A stretch of 64,000 bases of DNA from Oscillospiraceae bacterium (GCA_902778115.1 CACYWG010000003.1:9891-73890), one strand, 5' to 3'; positions 53,994 to 63,123 are shown, counted from the first letter of the stretch. Notes: generated by a model from the letters alone, not told the origin. Made by a program: numbers and translations.

Positions 53994-55244
53994 ATGGAAA
54001 TGAACCGCACGGAACTGCTGCCGGGCGTATGGCTGAACCATCTGCGCTCCGACAAGTTCAAGACCGCCTGCCTGAGCATCAGCCTGCTGACGCAGCTGAC
54101 GCGGGAGACCGCTTCGATGAACGCGCTGATCCCCTTTGTACTGCGCCGTGGCTGCGCCCGCTACGGCGACGCGGAGGCTATTTCCGCGCGCCTGAAAGAA
54201 CTCGGCGGCACGGTGATCGAGCCGGCGGTGCGCCAGGTCGGCGAGATCCAGTGCCTCGGCTTTGTCGCCGAGATCCCGGAAACTGAAAAAGAAGACCGGC
54301 TGCGTCCCGTCTGCGAGCTGCTGGGCGAGCTGCTGCTCAACCCCGCCACGCGCGGCGGCCTGCTGCTGCCGCAAACCGTGGACAGCGAGCGCGAGGCGAT
54401 GCTGGAAGCGATGCGCGCCTGCGCCGAGGATCCGGCCGGCTATGCCGTGATGCGCTGCCTCGAGGAGATGTGCTGCTTTGAGGACTTTGCCGCCGGGCGC
54501 TTCGGCAGCGAGGAGGAGACGCGCAACATCCGCTACCAGAAGCTGTCCAAGCATTACCGCAGTCTGCTGCCGGGCTGCCCGATCGAGATCATCTACTGCG
54601 GCCGCGCCGACCGGAAGCGCCTGGCCGCGATCCTGCGCGATACGCTCGCCACGCTGCCGCGCGGCGAGATCGACTACGAGCTCGGCACCGAGATCCGCAT
54701 GAACGCGCTGGAGGATCAGCCGCGCGAGGTCACGGAGCCGGCGGAGTCCGGCGCGGGCCGGCTGGTGATCGGCTTTCGCCTGGGCGACTGCATGGAGGAT
54801 CCCGACCTTGCGGCGCTGACGGTCTTCCAGCAGCTCTTCGGCAGCGGCACGATGATGGACACACACAAGGGTCTGCTGCTGGCTGCCGCCGAGATCGGCC
54901 CCGAAGGGAAAGAGGCCGCACAGGCGGAGATCTTCGAAAAGCTCGAGGCCATGCGCCGGGGCGAGATCGGGGACGATGCGCTGCAGCAGGCCCGTGCGGC
55001 GGCGGCCGCCGCCCTTCGCGCGGCGGAGGATGACCTGGACGAGCTGGAGGGCTTCTGGCTCTCGCAGATCCTCCGCGGCCTGGACTTCGGCCCGGCAGAG
55101 CTGGCCGAGCTCTGCGAGGATGTGACGAAGGACGAGGTCACGGCCGTCGCGCAGAGTCTGGACTGCGACCTGATCTACCATCTGGCCAAGAGCGAAGAAG
55201 AGGCGCCCGCCGCGCCCGATATTACTGAATCGAAGAAGGATTGA
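53994..55244 (+). CDS. M16 (insulinase/pitrilysin) family peptidase-like protein, probably non-catalytic
   Basis: 416 aa, with GGGAGGTG upstream. The overall pattern resembles YmfF/YfmF-type M16 subunits. I found no HxxEH zinc motif in the N-terminal region. Confidence 0.6.
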   Translation: MEMNRTELLPGVWLNHLRSDKFKTACLSISLLTQLTRETASMNALIPFVLRRGCARYGDAEAISARLKELGGTVIEPAVRQVGEIQCLGFVAEIPETEKEDRLRPVCELLGELLLNPATRGGLLLPQTVDSEREAMLEAMRACAEDPAGYAVMRCLEEMCCFEDFAAGRFGSEEETRNIRYQKLSKHYRSLLPGCPIEIIYCGRADRKRLAAILRDTLATLPRGEIDYELGTEIRMNALEDQPREVTEPAESGAGRLVIGFRLGDCMEDPDLAALTVFQQLFGSGTMMDTHKGLLLAAAEIGPEGKEAAQAEIFEKLEAMRRGEIGDDALQQARAAAAAALRAAEDDLDELEGFWLSQILRGLDFGPAELAELCEDVTKDEVTAVAQSLDCDLIYHLAKSEEEAPAAPDITESKKD

Positions 55245-55249
55245 TTTCC

Positions 55250-56164
55250 ATGCCCCTGTTTTTGGTCCAAACCATCCAGCGTGATTCCGTCATCAGCTTT
55301 CCGATGCTGGGCGGACTTGAGCTCAACCCGCCGGCCTTTTTCACGGTGTTCGGCTTCCGCATTTACTTTTACGGCGTCCTGATCGCCCTGGGCTTCGTGC
55401 TGGCGATGCTCTACTGCTCGCGCCATGCGCCGCGCCTCGGCATCAAGCCGGACGACTTTTTTGACCTGATGCTCTGGCTCATCCCCATCGTCATTGTCGG
55501 CGCGCGGGCCTATTACGTGCTGTTTCGCCTGGATTACTATCTCGCCAATCCCGGGGAGATCCTCGCCGTGCGCGACGGCGGCCTTGCCATCTACGGCGGC
55601 GTGATCGCGGGCGTACTGGTGATCTGGCTCGTCTGCCGCCATAAGAAAATATCGCTTCCGGCGATGATGGATCTGGCGGTCCAGGGCCTGCTGATCGGCC
55701 AGATCATCGGCCGCTGGGGCAATTTCATGAACCGCGAGGCCTTCGGCGCGGAGACGGAGATCTTCTGCCGCATGGGGCTGACGCCGCCGGGCGGCGAGAC
55801 CGTCTACGTCCACCCGACCTTCCTGTACGAAAGCCTGTGGAATCTCGCCGGGCTGATCTTTCTGATCGTTTTCGTACACCGCGGCAAGAGAAAGTACGAC
55901 GGACAGTGCGCGCTGATCTACTTTTTCTGGTATGGCCTCGGCCGCGCCTGGATCGAGGGGCTGCGCACCGACAGCCTCTATATCGGGAATACCGGCCTTC
56001 GCGTATCGCAGCTGCTGAGCATCGTGCTCTGCCTGCTGGCGCTGGCCGCGCTCATCATCCTCGGACGGCGGCCGCACGATGCGGCGAAGCTGTTCGTCAA
56101 CAGAAATCTGCAGAAAAACGAAGAAGATAAAACGGAAGGAGAATCCGAACATGGCCAGTTATAA
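55250..56164 (+). CDS. lgt: Prolipoprotein diacylglyceryl transferase
   Basis: Track ORF trimmed to the ATG at 55250, with GAAGAAGGA upstream. IYGGVIAG and GRWGNFMNREAFG motifs are present. Confidence 0.9.
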   Translation: MPLFLVQTIQRDSVISFPMLGGLELNPPAFFTVFGFRIYFYGVLIALGFVLAMLYCSRHAPRLGIKPDDFFDLMLWLIPIVIVGARAYYVLFRLDYYLANPGEILAVRDGGLAIYGGVIAGVLVIWLVCRHKKISLPAMMDLAVQGLLIGQIIGRWGNFMNREAFGAETEIFCRMGLTPPGGETVYVHPTFLYESLWNLAGLIFLIVFVHRGKRKYDGQCALIYFFWYGLGRAWIEGLRTDSLYIGNTGLRVSQLLSIVLCLLALAALIILGRRPHDAAKLFVNRNLQKNEEDKTEGESEHGQL

Positions 56165-56579
56165 AGACATTCTCAACGGCACGCTCCGCGGCCTCGGCGA
56201 CAAGGTGAAGGAAGTCAGCGAAGCCGGCGGCGTGAAGGAGATCTACACCCGCGGCGCCGAGCGCGCGAAGTCCTATGCCCGCGCGGCGAAGCTGAGCCTG
56301 GAGATCAACGGCGACAGTGAGGAGCTGCGCAAGGTCTACGCCGAGATCGGCAAGCTGTACTTTGAGCAGAACGAGGCGGCTCCCGGCGCTCTGTACGCGG
56401 GGCTGTTCGCCCAGGCGGAGGAGATCCGCGCCCGCCTCAAAGACAAGGAGGCCGAGATCCGCGCCATGCGCGAGAGCTTCGACGCCGCGCAGGCGGAGAA
56501 AGCCGGCGACATTGAAGTGGAGATCGGCGAGTTTGAGGACATCGTCAACGCCACCGAGTCCGACGGTCAGGGGCAGTAA
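56151..56579 (+). CDS. Hypothetical coiled-coil protein (142 aa)
   Basis: Track ORF trimmed to MASYKDILNGTLRGLGDKVKEV... It overlaps the lgt stop by 14 nt, is helical and charged, and has an acidic tail. I recognised no motif. Confidence 0.5.
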   Translation: MASYKDILNGTLRGLGDKVKEVSEAGGVKEIYTRGAERAKSYARAAKLSLEINGDSEELRKVYAEIGKLYFEQNEAAPGALYAGLFAQAEEIRARLKDKEAEIRAMRESFDAAQAEKAGDIEVEIGEFEDIVNATESDGQGQ

Positions 56580-56607
56580 GCCTGAAATAGAAAAAGTGAC
56601 CGGAGCC

Positions 56608-56785
56608 GATTGGGGGCACCCTCCGCAAGGAAGGTGCCCCCAATCGTATGTTTGCTCTCAGCTCCACCTCATCCGCCTCGCTGCCGCTCGGCACCTTCCC
56701 CTCGAGGGGAAGGCTTGAGGAGCGCACCAACCAAAGGCTTCCCCTCGAGGGGAAGCTGTCAGCCGCGAGGCTGACTGATGAGGTG
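56608..56785. repeat. Multi-hairpin intergenic element, copy 2 (CTTCCCCTCGAGGGGAAG family, modules permuted)
   Basis: GATTGGGGGCACC..GGTGCCCCCAATC (56608-56645) comes first. Then CACCTCATC (56665-56673) pairs long-range with GATGAGGTG (56777-56785). That pair encloses CCTTCCCCTCGAGGGGAAGG (56694-56713), GCTTCCCCTCGAGGGGAAGC (56737-56756) and GTCAGCC-GCGA-GGCTGAC (56758-56775). Confidence 0.8.
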
Positions 56786-56849
56786 TCAAAGACAATGCTG
56801 CGTTGGTATGCTTTCTGGAATGAAGAAAAATACCGGCGCAAAAAAGAGG

Positions 56850-56889
56850 ACGGAACCCATCGGTTCCGTCCTCTTTTTTTGTCGATTGG
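56850..56889. terminator. Bidirectional intrinsic terminator
   Basis: AAAAAAGAGGACGGAACC-CATC-GGTTCCGTCCTCTTTTTT between convergent genes. Confidence 0.8.
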
Positions 56890-56890
56890 T

Positions 56891-57727
56891 TTACTGCACG
56901 CGCTCCAGCGTCAGGGGCAGGAGGCCCGCGCCGCCGTCGTCGCCGTCCATCCGGAGCGTGTCGGCGTCCGGGAAGCTGATCGTCATCTCGTCGTCGCCGT
57001 CCATCCGGAGCGTATCGCCGTCCACGGTATAGACGCCCTCGGTGTTGATGTCCTTCGCCAGATCTTTGACCGTTTCCAGGTTGAAGAGGCTTTCAATGAA
57101 GCTGTCCATTCCCTCGGCCTGGCCGGACAGAGCCAACATCTCGTCCACGGTCATACCCAGCAGCTCTTCCAGTTCGCTCATGCTGCTGACGCCCGATACG
57201 TCAAGGCCCGCGTCCGGCAGCTGCTCCATCAGCGTATAGTAGAGCACGTCGGTGAAAAAGCCCTTCATCGCGGTCTGGAGCGGCGCAACCATGCCCGCCA
57301 GCTCTTCGTCATCCGTATAGGCGCGGTAGGTCCCGTCCTCGCGGAAGTCAAAGCAGAGCGTCAGAGCAAAGGGCTCTTCCATATAGTCCGCAAAGTCCAG
57401 CTCAAGCTCCGTCTCCTCCAGGCCGCTGGCCACTTCGCGCAGCAGCAGTTCGGTCATATCGGCCTTTCCGCGCCAGCTGCCGATCAGCAGATCGGCGGCG
57501 GTGGGCTCGGGCGTGGGTTCCGGCGTCGGCTCCGGGGTCGGCTCCGGCGTTTCCTCGGCCGGCGCTTCCGTCTCCTTCGCGGGTGTCTCCGCGTCGCGGC
57601 TCGCGTGACGCTTCGCGACGGTCTCCTCTTCCCGGTCTGCGGTCTCGGCGCTGCCGCCGCAGGCAGCGAGCGCAAACACCATGGCCAGCGCCAGCAGCAG
57701 CGCCAGCAGCTTCTTCATCTTGTTCAT
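56891..57727 (-). CDS. Hypothetical lipoprotein with a (PEPT)n linker
   Basis: 278 aa. It has the lipobox MNKMKKLLALLLALAMVFALAACGG, a TPEPTPEPTPEPTPEPT linker and an acidic body. The C-terminal duplicated segment DTLRMDGDD occurs twice. Confidence 0.7.
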   Translation of the reverse strand: MNKMKKLLALLLALAMVFALAACGGSAETADREEETVAKRHASRDAETPAKETEAPAEETPEPTPEPTPEPTPEPTAADLLIGSWRGKADMTELLLREVASGLEETELELDFADYMEEPFALTLCFDFREDGTYRAYTDDEELAGMVAPLQTAMKGFFTDVLYYTLMEQLPDAGLDVSGVSSMSELEELLGMTVDEMLALSGQAEGMDSFIESLFNLETVKDLAKDINTEGVYTVDGDTLRMDGDDEMTISFPDADTLRMDGDDGGAGLLPLTLERVQ

Positions 57728-57769
57728 CCCCGTCTTCCTTTCTTTATCCCGGTATTCCGTCTGTTTCCC

Positions 57770-59146
57770 TTATTCTTCCGCGCTTCCGCTCTTGTGCTGT
57801 CCGCCGCGGCGGCGACGGCGGGAGCCGCCGCCCTGCTTCTGGGCCTTGGGCTCCTCGGCGCCCGGTTGCGGCTTGGGCTCGAGCTTGACGGGCTTGACGG
57901 TCGTCTTGCCGTGGCGGCGTCCGCCGGAGCGGGCTTTGCCGCCTTCCGCCTTTTCCGCGCTCTCGGGCTTCTTTTCCTCGGGACCGGCAGCTTTGCCGTC
58001 CTTGTTTTTCTTCTGGGCGGGCTTCAGGCCGTGGGGCTTGTCCGCCTTCTCGCTCTTTTCGGCGCTCTTTGCCTTCGGCTCCTGGCGCGGCTGGGCCTTC
58101 TCCGCGGGCTTGACCTCGGGGGCGGGCTTGGCCTTGGAGCGGCTGCGGCGGCGATGGGAGCGCTTTTTCTCGCCCTCCGTCCCATCCTCGGCGGTCTCCG
58201 TCTGAGGCTTCTGCTCGGCCACGTCGTCGGCATAGAGCACCGGCATCGACCATTCGTCCTCTTTTTCCTCGGGTTCCTCCGGCTCCGGCACATAGTGGAG
58301 CACATGCGGCGGCTCCTCGCCGTCACGCGGACGTCCGCCGGGCACGGCGGCCAGCTCGTTGGATTTGTACAGGTGCAGCGTATCGTCGTTGTCGCCGTCC
58401 AGGCGCACCTTCACGCACTGGCGCAGGAGATTGACCTGCACCGCCGTTCCGTAGCCGTCCTTGGTCTCGACGAAGGCGCCCTGCTTGGGCACTTTTTTGA
58501 TGAGCTCCTCATAGGCCTCCTGCTCATAGCGCAGGCAGCACATCAGCCGCCCGCAGCTGCCGGAGATCTTGGTGGGGTTGAGCGACAGGGACTGGATCTT
58601 GGCCATTTTGGTGCTGACCGGCTGGAAATCCTCCAAAAACTGGCCGCAGCAGAAGGGACGGCCGCAGATGGCGATGCCGCCGACCATTTTGGCCTCGTCG
58701 CGCACGCCGATCTGCCGCAGTTCGATGCGGGTGCGGAAGATGGCGGCCAGGTCCTTGACAAGCTCGCGGAAATCCACGCGCCCCTCGGAGGTGAAGAAAA
58801 AGGTGATCTTGTTGCCCTCGAAGCTGCATTCGGCGTCCACAAGCTTCATGTCCAGCCCGTGCTCGGCGATCTTCTGGCGGCAGATCTCCACCGCCTCGGC
58901 CTCGCGCTTGACGTTGATCTCCGCCACGCGCAGGTCGTCCTTCGTGGCCAGGCGGACCACCGGGCGCAGCGGCAGCACCACCGCCGTGTCCTCCACCATA
59001 TGGTTGCCGTGGCAGCAGTCGGCCAGCTCCAGGCCCTTGGCGGTCTCGACCACCAGCTTGTCGCCGGTCTTTACGCTGAGTCCCCGGGGATCGAAGGAAT
59101 AGGCCTTGCCCCGGTTTTTGAATTTGATACTGACTACTTCAATCAA
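57770..59146 (-). CDS. ricT: PSP1-domain protein RicT/YaaT with a ~170-aa basic low-complexity C-terminal extension
   Basis: 458 aa. The core matches YaaT (ITFFFTSEGRVDFRELVKDLA, CGRPFCCGQFL, GSCGRLMCCLRYE) and lies directly downstream of holB, as in Bacillus. The tail is K/P/E/A/R-rich. Confidence 0.88.
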   Translation of the reverse strand: MIEVVSIKFKNRGKAYSFDPRGLSVKTGDKLVVETAKGLELADCCHGNHMVEDTAVVLPLRPVVRLATKDDLRVAEINVKREAEAVEICRQKIAEHGLDMKLVDAECSFEGNKITFFFTSEGRVDFRELVKDLAAIFRTRIELRQIGVRDEAKMVGGIAICGRPFCCGQFLEDFQPVSTKMAKIQSLSLNPTKISGSCGRLMCCLRYEQEAYEELIKKVPKQGAFVETKDGYGTAVQVNLLRQCVKVRLDGDNDDTLHLYKSNELAAVPGGRPRDGEEPPHVLHYVPEPEEPEEKEDEWSMPVLYADDVAEQKPQTETAEDGTEGEKKRSHRRRSRSKAKPAPEVKPAEKAQPRQEPKAKSAEKSEKADKPHGLKPAQKKNKDGKAAGPEEKKPESAEKAEGGKARSGGRRHGKTTVKPVKLEPKPQPGAEEPKAQKQGGGSRRRRRGGQHKSGSAEE

Positions 59147-59150
59147 TGCT

Positions 59151-59951
59151 TTATCCTCTGTTTCCGCTGCCGAGCGGCGTGTCGACCGCCAGCAGTCCGA
59201 ATATGTGTTTGCTTCCTGTGTTGACGCGCAGATACTCCCCGCAGCGCGAGGCCAGCGCGGCGATCTCCGTCAGCTGCCGGGTGCTCAGGCCGGGATTGGC
59301 CTGCCGGGCGCAGAGCATGTCCGTCACCGTCAGGCAAAGGGCATCGATCAGGGCCTGCGTGTCCCGCTGATCCAGGTTCTCCTGCGCGAAGCACCAGCGC
59401 ACGAGCTTGGCCCGGTCGCCCGCGGCGGCGGCGCGCAGATACTCTCCGGCCAGCTTCAGGCTCTCCTGCTCCGGCTCCTGTTCGCCCCCGGCGCCGCGCC
59501 GCTCCACGCAGCGGGAGCGCACCGTGGGAAGCAGCAGGGAGGGATTGGTGACGCACAGAAGGAATACCGCGCCGTTGGGCGGCTCCTCCAGGAGCTTGAG
59601 CGCCGCGTTCTGCGCCGCCGGATTCATTTTGTCCGCTTCGGCGATCAAATAGACCTTGCGCGCAGCCTCGTTGGGCAGGATCCAGGCGTCCTGGTTGACG
59701 GCGCGGATCTGGTCGATCACGATCTCCCGGCGCGCCCGGCCCTTGTCGTCCTCCAGACGGCGCACGGTGATCAGGTCGGGATGGATCCCGGCTTCGACCT
59801 TGCGGCAGGCGGCGCAGCGGCCGCAGGCTTTTTCCCCGCCGTGTTCGCACAGGATGCCCTGCGCGAAGGCTCTGGCCATGCGCTCGCTCTCCTCCGCAGA
59901 CGGCGCGGAGAAGATATATGCGTGGCCGATCCGCTGTCCGTCCCCTGCCAT
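59151..59951 (-). CDS. holB: DNA polymerase III delta-prime subunit
   Basis: 266 aa with the motifs HAYIFSAP, CGRCAACRKV, NALLKLLEEPP and PTVRSRC. Confidence 0.88.
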   Translation of the reverse strand: MAGDGQRIGHAYIFSAPSAEESERMARAFAQGILCEHGGEKACGRCAACRKVEAGIHPDLITVRRLEDDKGRARREIVIDQIRAVNQDAWILPNEAARKVYLIAEADKMNPAAQNAALKLLEEPPNGAVFLLCVTNPSLLLPTVRSRCVERRGAGGEQEPEQESLKLAGEYLRAAAAGDRAKLVRWCFAQENLDQRDTQALIDALCLTVTDMLCARQANPGLSTRQLTEIAALASRCGEYLRVNTGSKHIFGLLAVDTPLGSGNRG

Positions 59952-60181
59952 ACCGCGCGCCTCCTCTGCGTTTAATCAAATTATTTTACCTTTTTTCCGC
60001 TTCTTAGTCAACAGCCAGTTTGCCGGATCTTTTCCGGCCCGATCCTGTGTTTCATCGGATGTGCCGGTCATTTTCTACATTATTTTCCATTCGTTGTCTT
60101 GACTTTCTTCAAATAATCGTTATATTAAATATTGTAAACAATCTTTCTGACGCAGCAGCCAGAGAATTCGGAGGCTATTCC

Positions 60182-60445
60182 ATGACTTACACCTATAAAA
60201 CCAAAAACGTCTGCTCCACGCAGATCCAGTTCCGCCTCGAGGGTGACCGCGTGCACGACGTGCGCTTTACCGGCGGCTGCAACGGCAACCTCAAGGCCAT
60301 CGGCATCCTGGTGGACGGCATGACGGTGGATGAGATCGAAAGCAAGCTGCGCGGCAATTCCTGCGGCGGCCGTCCCACCTCCTGCGCCGACCAGCTGGCG
60401 CAGGCCGTGCGCGAGGCATACCGCAAACAGCAGGCGGAGGCCTGA
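60182..60445 (+). CDS. TSCPD-domain small protein (TIGR03905-like)
   Basis: Track ORF trimmed to MTYTYKTKNVCSTQIQFRLEGDRVHDVRFTGGCNGNLKAIGILVDGMTVDE...GGRPTSCADQLA; 87 aa. Confidence 0.65.
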   Translation: MTYTYKTKNVCSTQIQFRLEGDRVHDVRFTGGCNGNLKAIGILVDGMTVDEIESKLRGNSCGGRPTSCADQLAQAVREAYRKQQAEA

Positions 60446-60536
60446 GCGCAGCGCAAACCGCGCAAACAGAACTTGCAAATTCTTCCAGTTTGTGATATAT
60501 TTCCGCTTGGAAAAAAGTCGAAGGGGGGAGAGGCAC

Positions 60537-60974
60537 ATGGACGAACAGAAATATGATGTTCTGAAGCTGGAAAATCAGCTGTGCTTTCCGCTGTACGCCG
60601 CAGCGAAGGAAACGGTCAAGCTCTACCGTCCCCTTTTGGAGAAGATGAACCTGACTTATACCCAGTATATCGCGATGCTGGTGTTCTGGGAACACAAGAA
60701 AATGAACGTGAAGGAGCTGGGCGAAAAGCTCTATCTGGACTCCGGCACATTGACGCCGGTGCTCAAGAGTCTGGAGGCCAAGGGCTACGTCCGGCGCTAC
60801 CGCAGCACGGAGGACGAGCGCGTGCTGCTCGTCGAGGTGACCGAGGCCGGCAAGGCGCTGCGGGAAGAGGCGCTGAGCGTTCCCGCGCAGATGGCCTGCC
60901 ACGTCGTGCTCAGCCCGGAGGAGAGCCTGACGCTGTACAAGCTGCTGTACAAGCTGCTGTCGGCGGTCGAATGA
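60537..60974 (+). CDS. MarR-family transcriptional regulator (OhrR-like)
   Basis: Track ORF trimmed to MDEQKYDVLKLENQLCFPLYAAAKE...LTYTQYIAMLVFWE...LDSGTLTPVLKSLEAKGYVRR; 145 aa. A Cys lies near the N-terminus, as in OhrR. Confidence 0.8.
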   Translation: MDEQKYDVLKLENQLCFPLYAAAKETVKLYRPLLEKMNLTYTQYIAMLVFWEHKKMNVKELGEKLYLDSGTLTPVLKSLEAKGYVRRYRSTEDERVLLVEVTEAGKALREEALSVPAQMACHVVLSPEESLTLYKLLYKLLSAVE

Positions 60975-60981
60975 CGGCATC

Positions 60982-61017
60982 AAAGAGGGAGCTGTGAAAA
61001 CAGCTCCCTCTTTTTTT
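60982..61017 (+). terminator. Intrinsic terminator after the MarR gene
   Basis: AAAGAGGGAGCTG-TGAAAA-CAGCTCCCTCTTT, followed by a T-run. Confidence 0.8.
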
Positions 61018-61074
61018 GACTCTGCGCCGGAAATCGACAGAAAAATAAATAATTCCTAAGAAGGAACGGAGCGG

Positions 61075-61102
61075 TTGAAATCCTGGAACTTTGTGTTATA
61101 AT
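61075..61102 (+). promoter_or_regulatory. Candidate sigma-A promoter (extended -10) of htpG
   Basis: TTGAAA (61075-61080), a 16-nt spacer ending in TGt, then TATAAT (61097-61102). Confidence 0.45.
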
Positions 61103-61145
61103 CTATAGTTATGAAATTATGTAAATTGGAGGCATAAACTACTCT

Positions 61146-63062
61146 ATGGGCAAAAAGCAATTCAAAGCGGAATCCAAGCGCCTGCTGGATCTGATGATCA
61201 ACTCCATCTATACCAATAAGGAGATCTTCCTGCGCGAGATCCTCTCCAACGCGTCCGACGCCATCGACAAGCTCTGCTACCTGTCGCTGACGGACGACCA
61301 GGTGGGCCTCAACCGGGACGACTTCCGTATCGATATCATCGTGGACAAGGACGCGCGCACCATCACCGTGCGCGACAACGGCATCGGCATGACCCTGGAC
61401 GAGGCCGAAAACAACCTCGGCGTCATCGCCAAGAGCGGCTCCTACCAGTTCAAGGGCGAAATGGACAAGGAGCAGGCCGGGGAGGACATCTCCATCATCG
61501 GCCAGTTCGGCGTGGGCTTCTACTCCGCGTTCATGGTGTCCGACAAGGTCACCGTGCTCTCCCGCAAGTACGGCGAGAGCGAGGGCGTGCGCTGGGAGAG
61601 CGCCGGCGCGGACGGCTACACCGTCACGCCGATCGAGAAAGAGACCGTCGGCACCGACGTGATCATGCACATCAAGGCCGACACCGAAGAAGAGGTCTAC
61701 GGCTCCTATCTGGAGAAGTGGAAGATCAAGGCTCTGGTGCGCAAGTACTCCGACTATGTGCGCTGGCCCATCCGCATGGACATGGAGCGCCAGGAGCGTT
61801 TCGAGACCGGTGAGACCGACGACGAGGGCAAGCCGAAATACGAGTACCGCACCGTCACCGAAAACGAGATCATCAACTCCATGGTCCCCATCTGGCAGCG
61901 CAGCAAGAACGAGGTCACCGACGACGACTGCATTCAGTGGTACAAGGAGAAAAACCGCGACCGCAAGGATCCCTGCGTGCTGATCCGCGTCAGCGCCGAG
62001 GGCAACATCTCCTACAAGGCCATGCTCTTCATCCCCGGTGAGGAGAACGAGAACGCCTTCCTCGGCGACAACAAGGGCGGCATCACGCTCTACTCCAACG
62101 GCGTGATGATCATGGAAAAGTGCGACAAGCTGGTGCACGATTACTTTGAGTTCGTCAAGGGCGTGGTCGATTCGCCCGACCTGTCGCTGAACATCTCCCG
62201 CGAGATCCTCCAGCACGACCGCCAGCTGCAGCTGATCGGCCGGAACCTCGAAAAGAAGATCAAGGGCGAGCTGGAGAAGATGATGAAGGACGACCGCCCC
62301 AAGTACGAGGCCTTCTTCCGCAACTTCGGCACCCACCTCAAGGCCGGCTGCTGCGACGAATACGGCCGCTACAAGGACTTCCTGCGCGATCTGCTGATCT
62401 TCTACACCTCCGAGGACAAGATGATCACGCTCAAGGAATACGTCGAGAACATGCCCGAGAGCCAGAAGGTCATCTACTACGCAAGCTCCGATACCCTCAA
62501 GCACGCCATCAGCCTGCCTCAGTGCGAGCAGGTGCGCTCCCGCGGCTATGAGCTGCTGTACCTCACCGGCCCGCTCGATGAAGTGGTGCTCGAAAACCTG
62601 ATGGAGCAGGACGGCAAGCGCTTCTGCAACGTGGTCACCGACGATCTCGGCTTCGAGACCGAGGAGGAGAAGAAGGCCGCCGAGGAGCGCGACATTGAAA
62701 ACAAGGACCTGCTGGACTTCGTCAAGGAGTCCCTGGGCGGAGCCGTCACGGCCGTCCGGCTCAGCCGGAAGCTGGCCGCCATGCCCTGCTGCCTGACCAC
62801 CGAGGGCGGCATCACGCTGGAGATGGAGAAATACTTCCGCCGCGGCCCGAGCGAGGAGATGCGCAATCTCCGCGCCAACCGCGTCCTCGAGCTCAACGCC
62901 GAGCACAAGGCCGTGCAGGCGCTGAAGGCCGCCTTCGACGGCGGCGACAAGGAAAAGGCCGCGCAGTACGCGAAGATCCTCGACACCCTGGCCGAGATGA
63001 TGGCCGGCTGCGAGGTGGAAGACCCCGCTTCCTTTGTCACGCTGGTGGCGGAGCTGTTTTGA
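61146..63062 (+). CDS. htpG: Molecular chaperone HtpG (Hsp90)
   Basis: 638 aa with the motifs IFLREILSNASDAIDK, IGQFGVGFYSAFMV and SRE.LQ. Confidence 0.93.
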   Translation: MGKKQFKAESKRLLDLMINSIYTNKEIFLREILSNASDAIDKLCYLSLTDDQVGLNRDDFRIDIIVDKDARTITVRDNGIGMTLDEAENNLGVIAKSGSYQFKGEMDKEQAGEDISIIGQFGVGFYSAFMVSDKVTVLSRKYGESEGVRWESAGADGYTVTPIEKETVGTDVIMHIKADTEEEVYGSYLEKWKIKALVRKYSDYVRWPIRMDMERQERFETGETDDEGKPKYEYRTVTENEIINSMVPIWQRSKNEVTDDDCIQWYKEKNRDRKDPCVLIRVSAEGNISYKAMLFIPGEENENAFLGDNKGGITLYSNGVMIMEKCDKLVHDYFEFVKGVVDSPDLSLNISREILQHDRQLQLIGRNLEKKIKGELEKMMKDDRPKYEAFFRNFGTHLKAGCCDEYGRYKDFLRDLLIFYTSEDKMITLKEYVENMPESQKVIYYASSDTLKHAISLPQCEQVRSRGYELLYLTGPLDEVVLENLMEQDGKRFCNVVTDDLGFETEEEKKAAEERDIENKDLLDFVKESLGGAVTAVRLSRKLAAMPCCLTTEGGITLEMEKYFRRGPSEEMRNLRANRVLELNAEHKAVQALKAAFDGGDKEKAAQYAKILDTLAEMMAGCEVEDPASFVTLVAELF

Positions 63063-63077
63063 GCTCCCTATACTCCA

Positions 63078-63110
63078 CTAAGCACTAAGCACTACCGTAC
63101 TAAGCACTAA
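63078..63110 (+). repeat. Second heptamer repeat type: ACTAAGC ACTAAGC ACTACCGT ACTAAGC ACTAA
   Basis: Seen directly in the htpG-hemW spacer. Confidence 0.8.
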
Positions 63111-63123
63111 ATGGAGTGTCGCC

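Noticed and set aside
63061-63123. Possible CIRCE (HrcA operator) near htpG/hemW
   Set aside because: CIRCE is TTAGCACTC-N9-GAGTGCTAA. Here the motif is direct repeats of ACTAAGC with no matching inverted half. It also lies downstream of htpG, not at its promoter.
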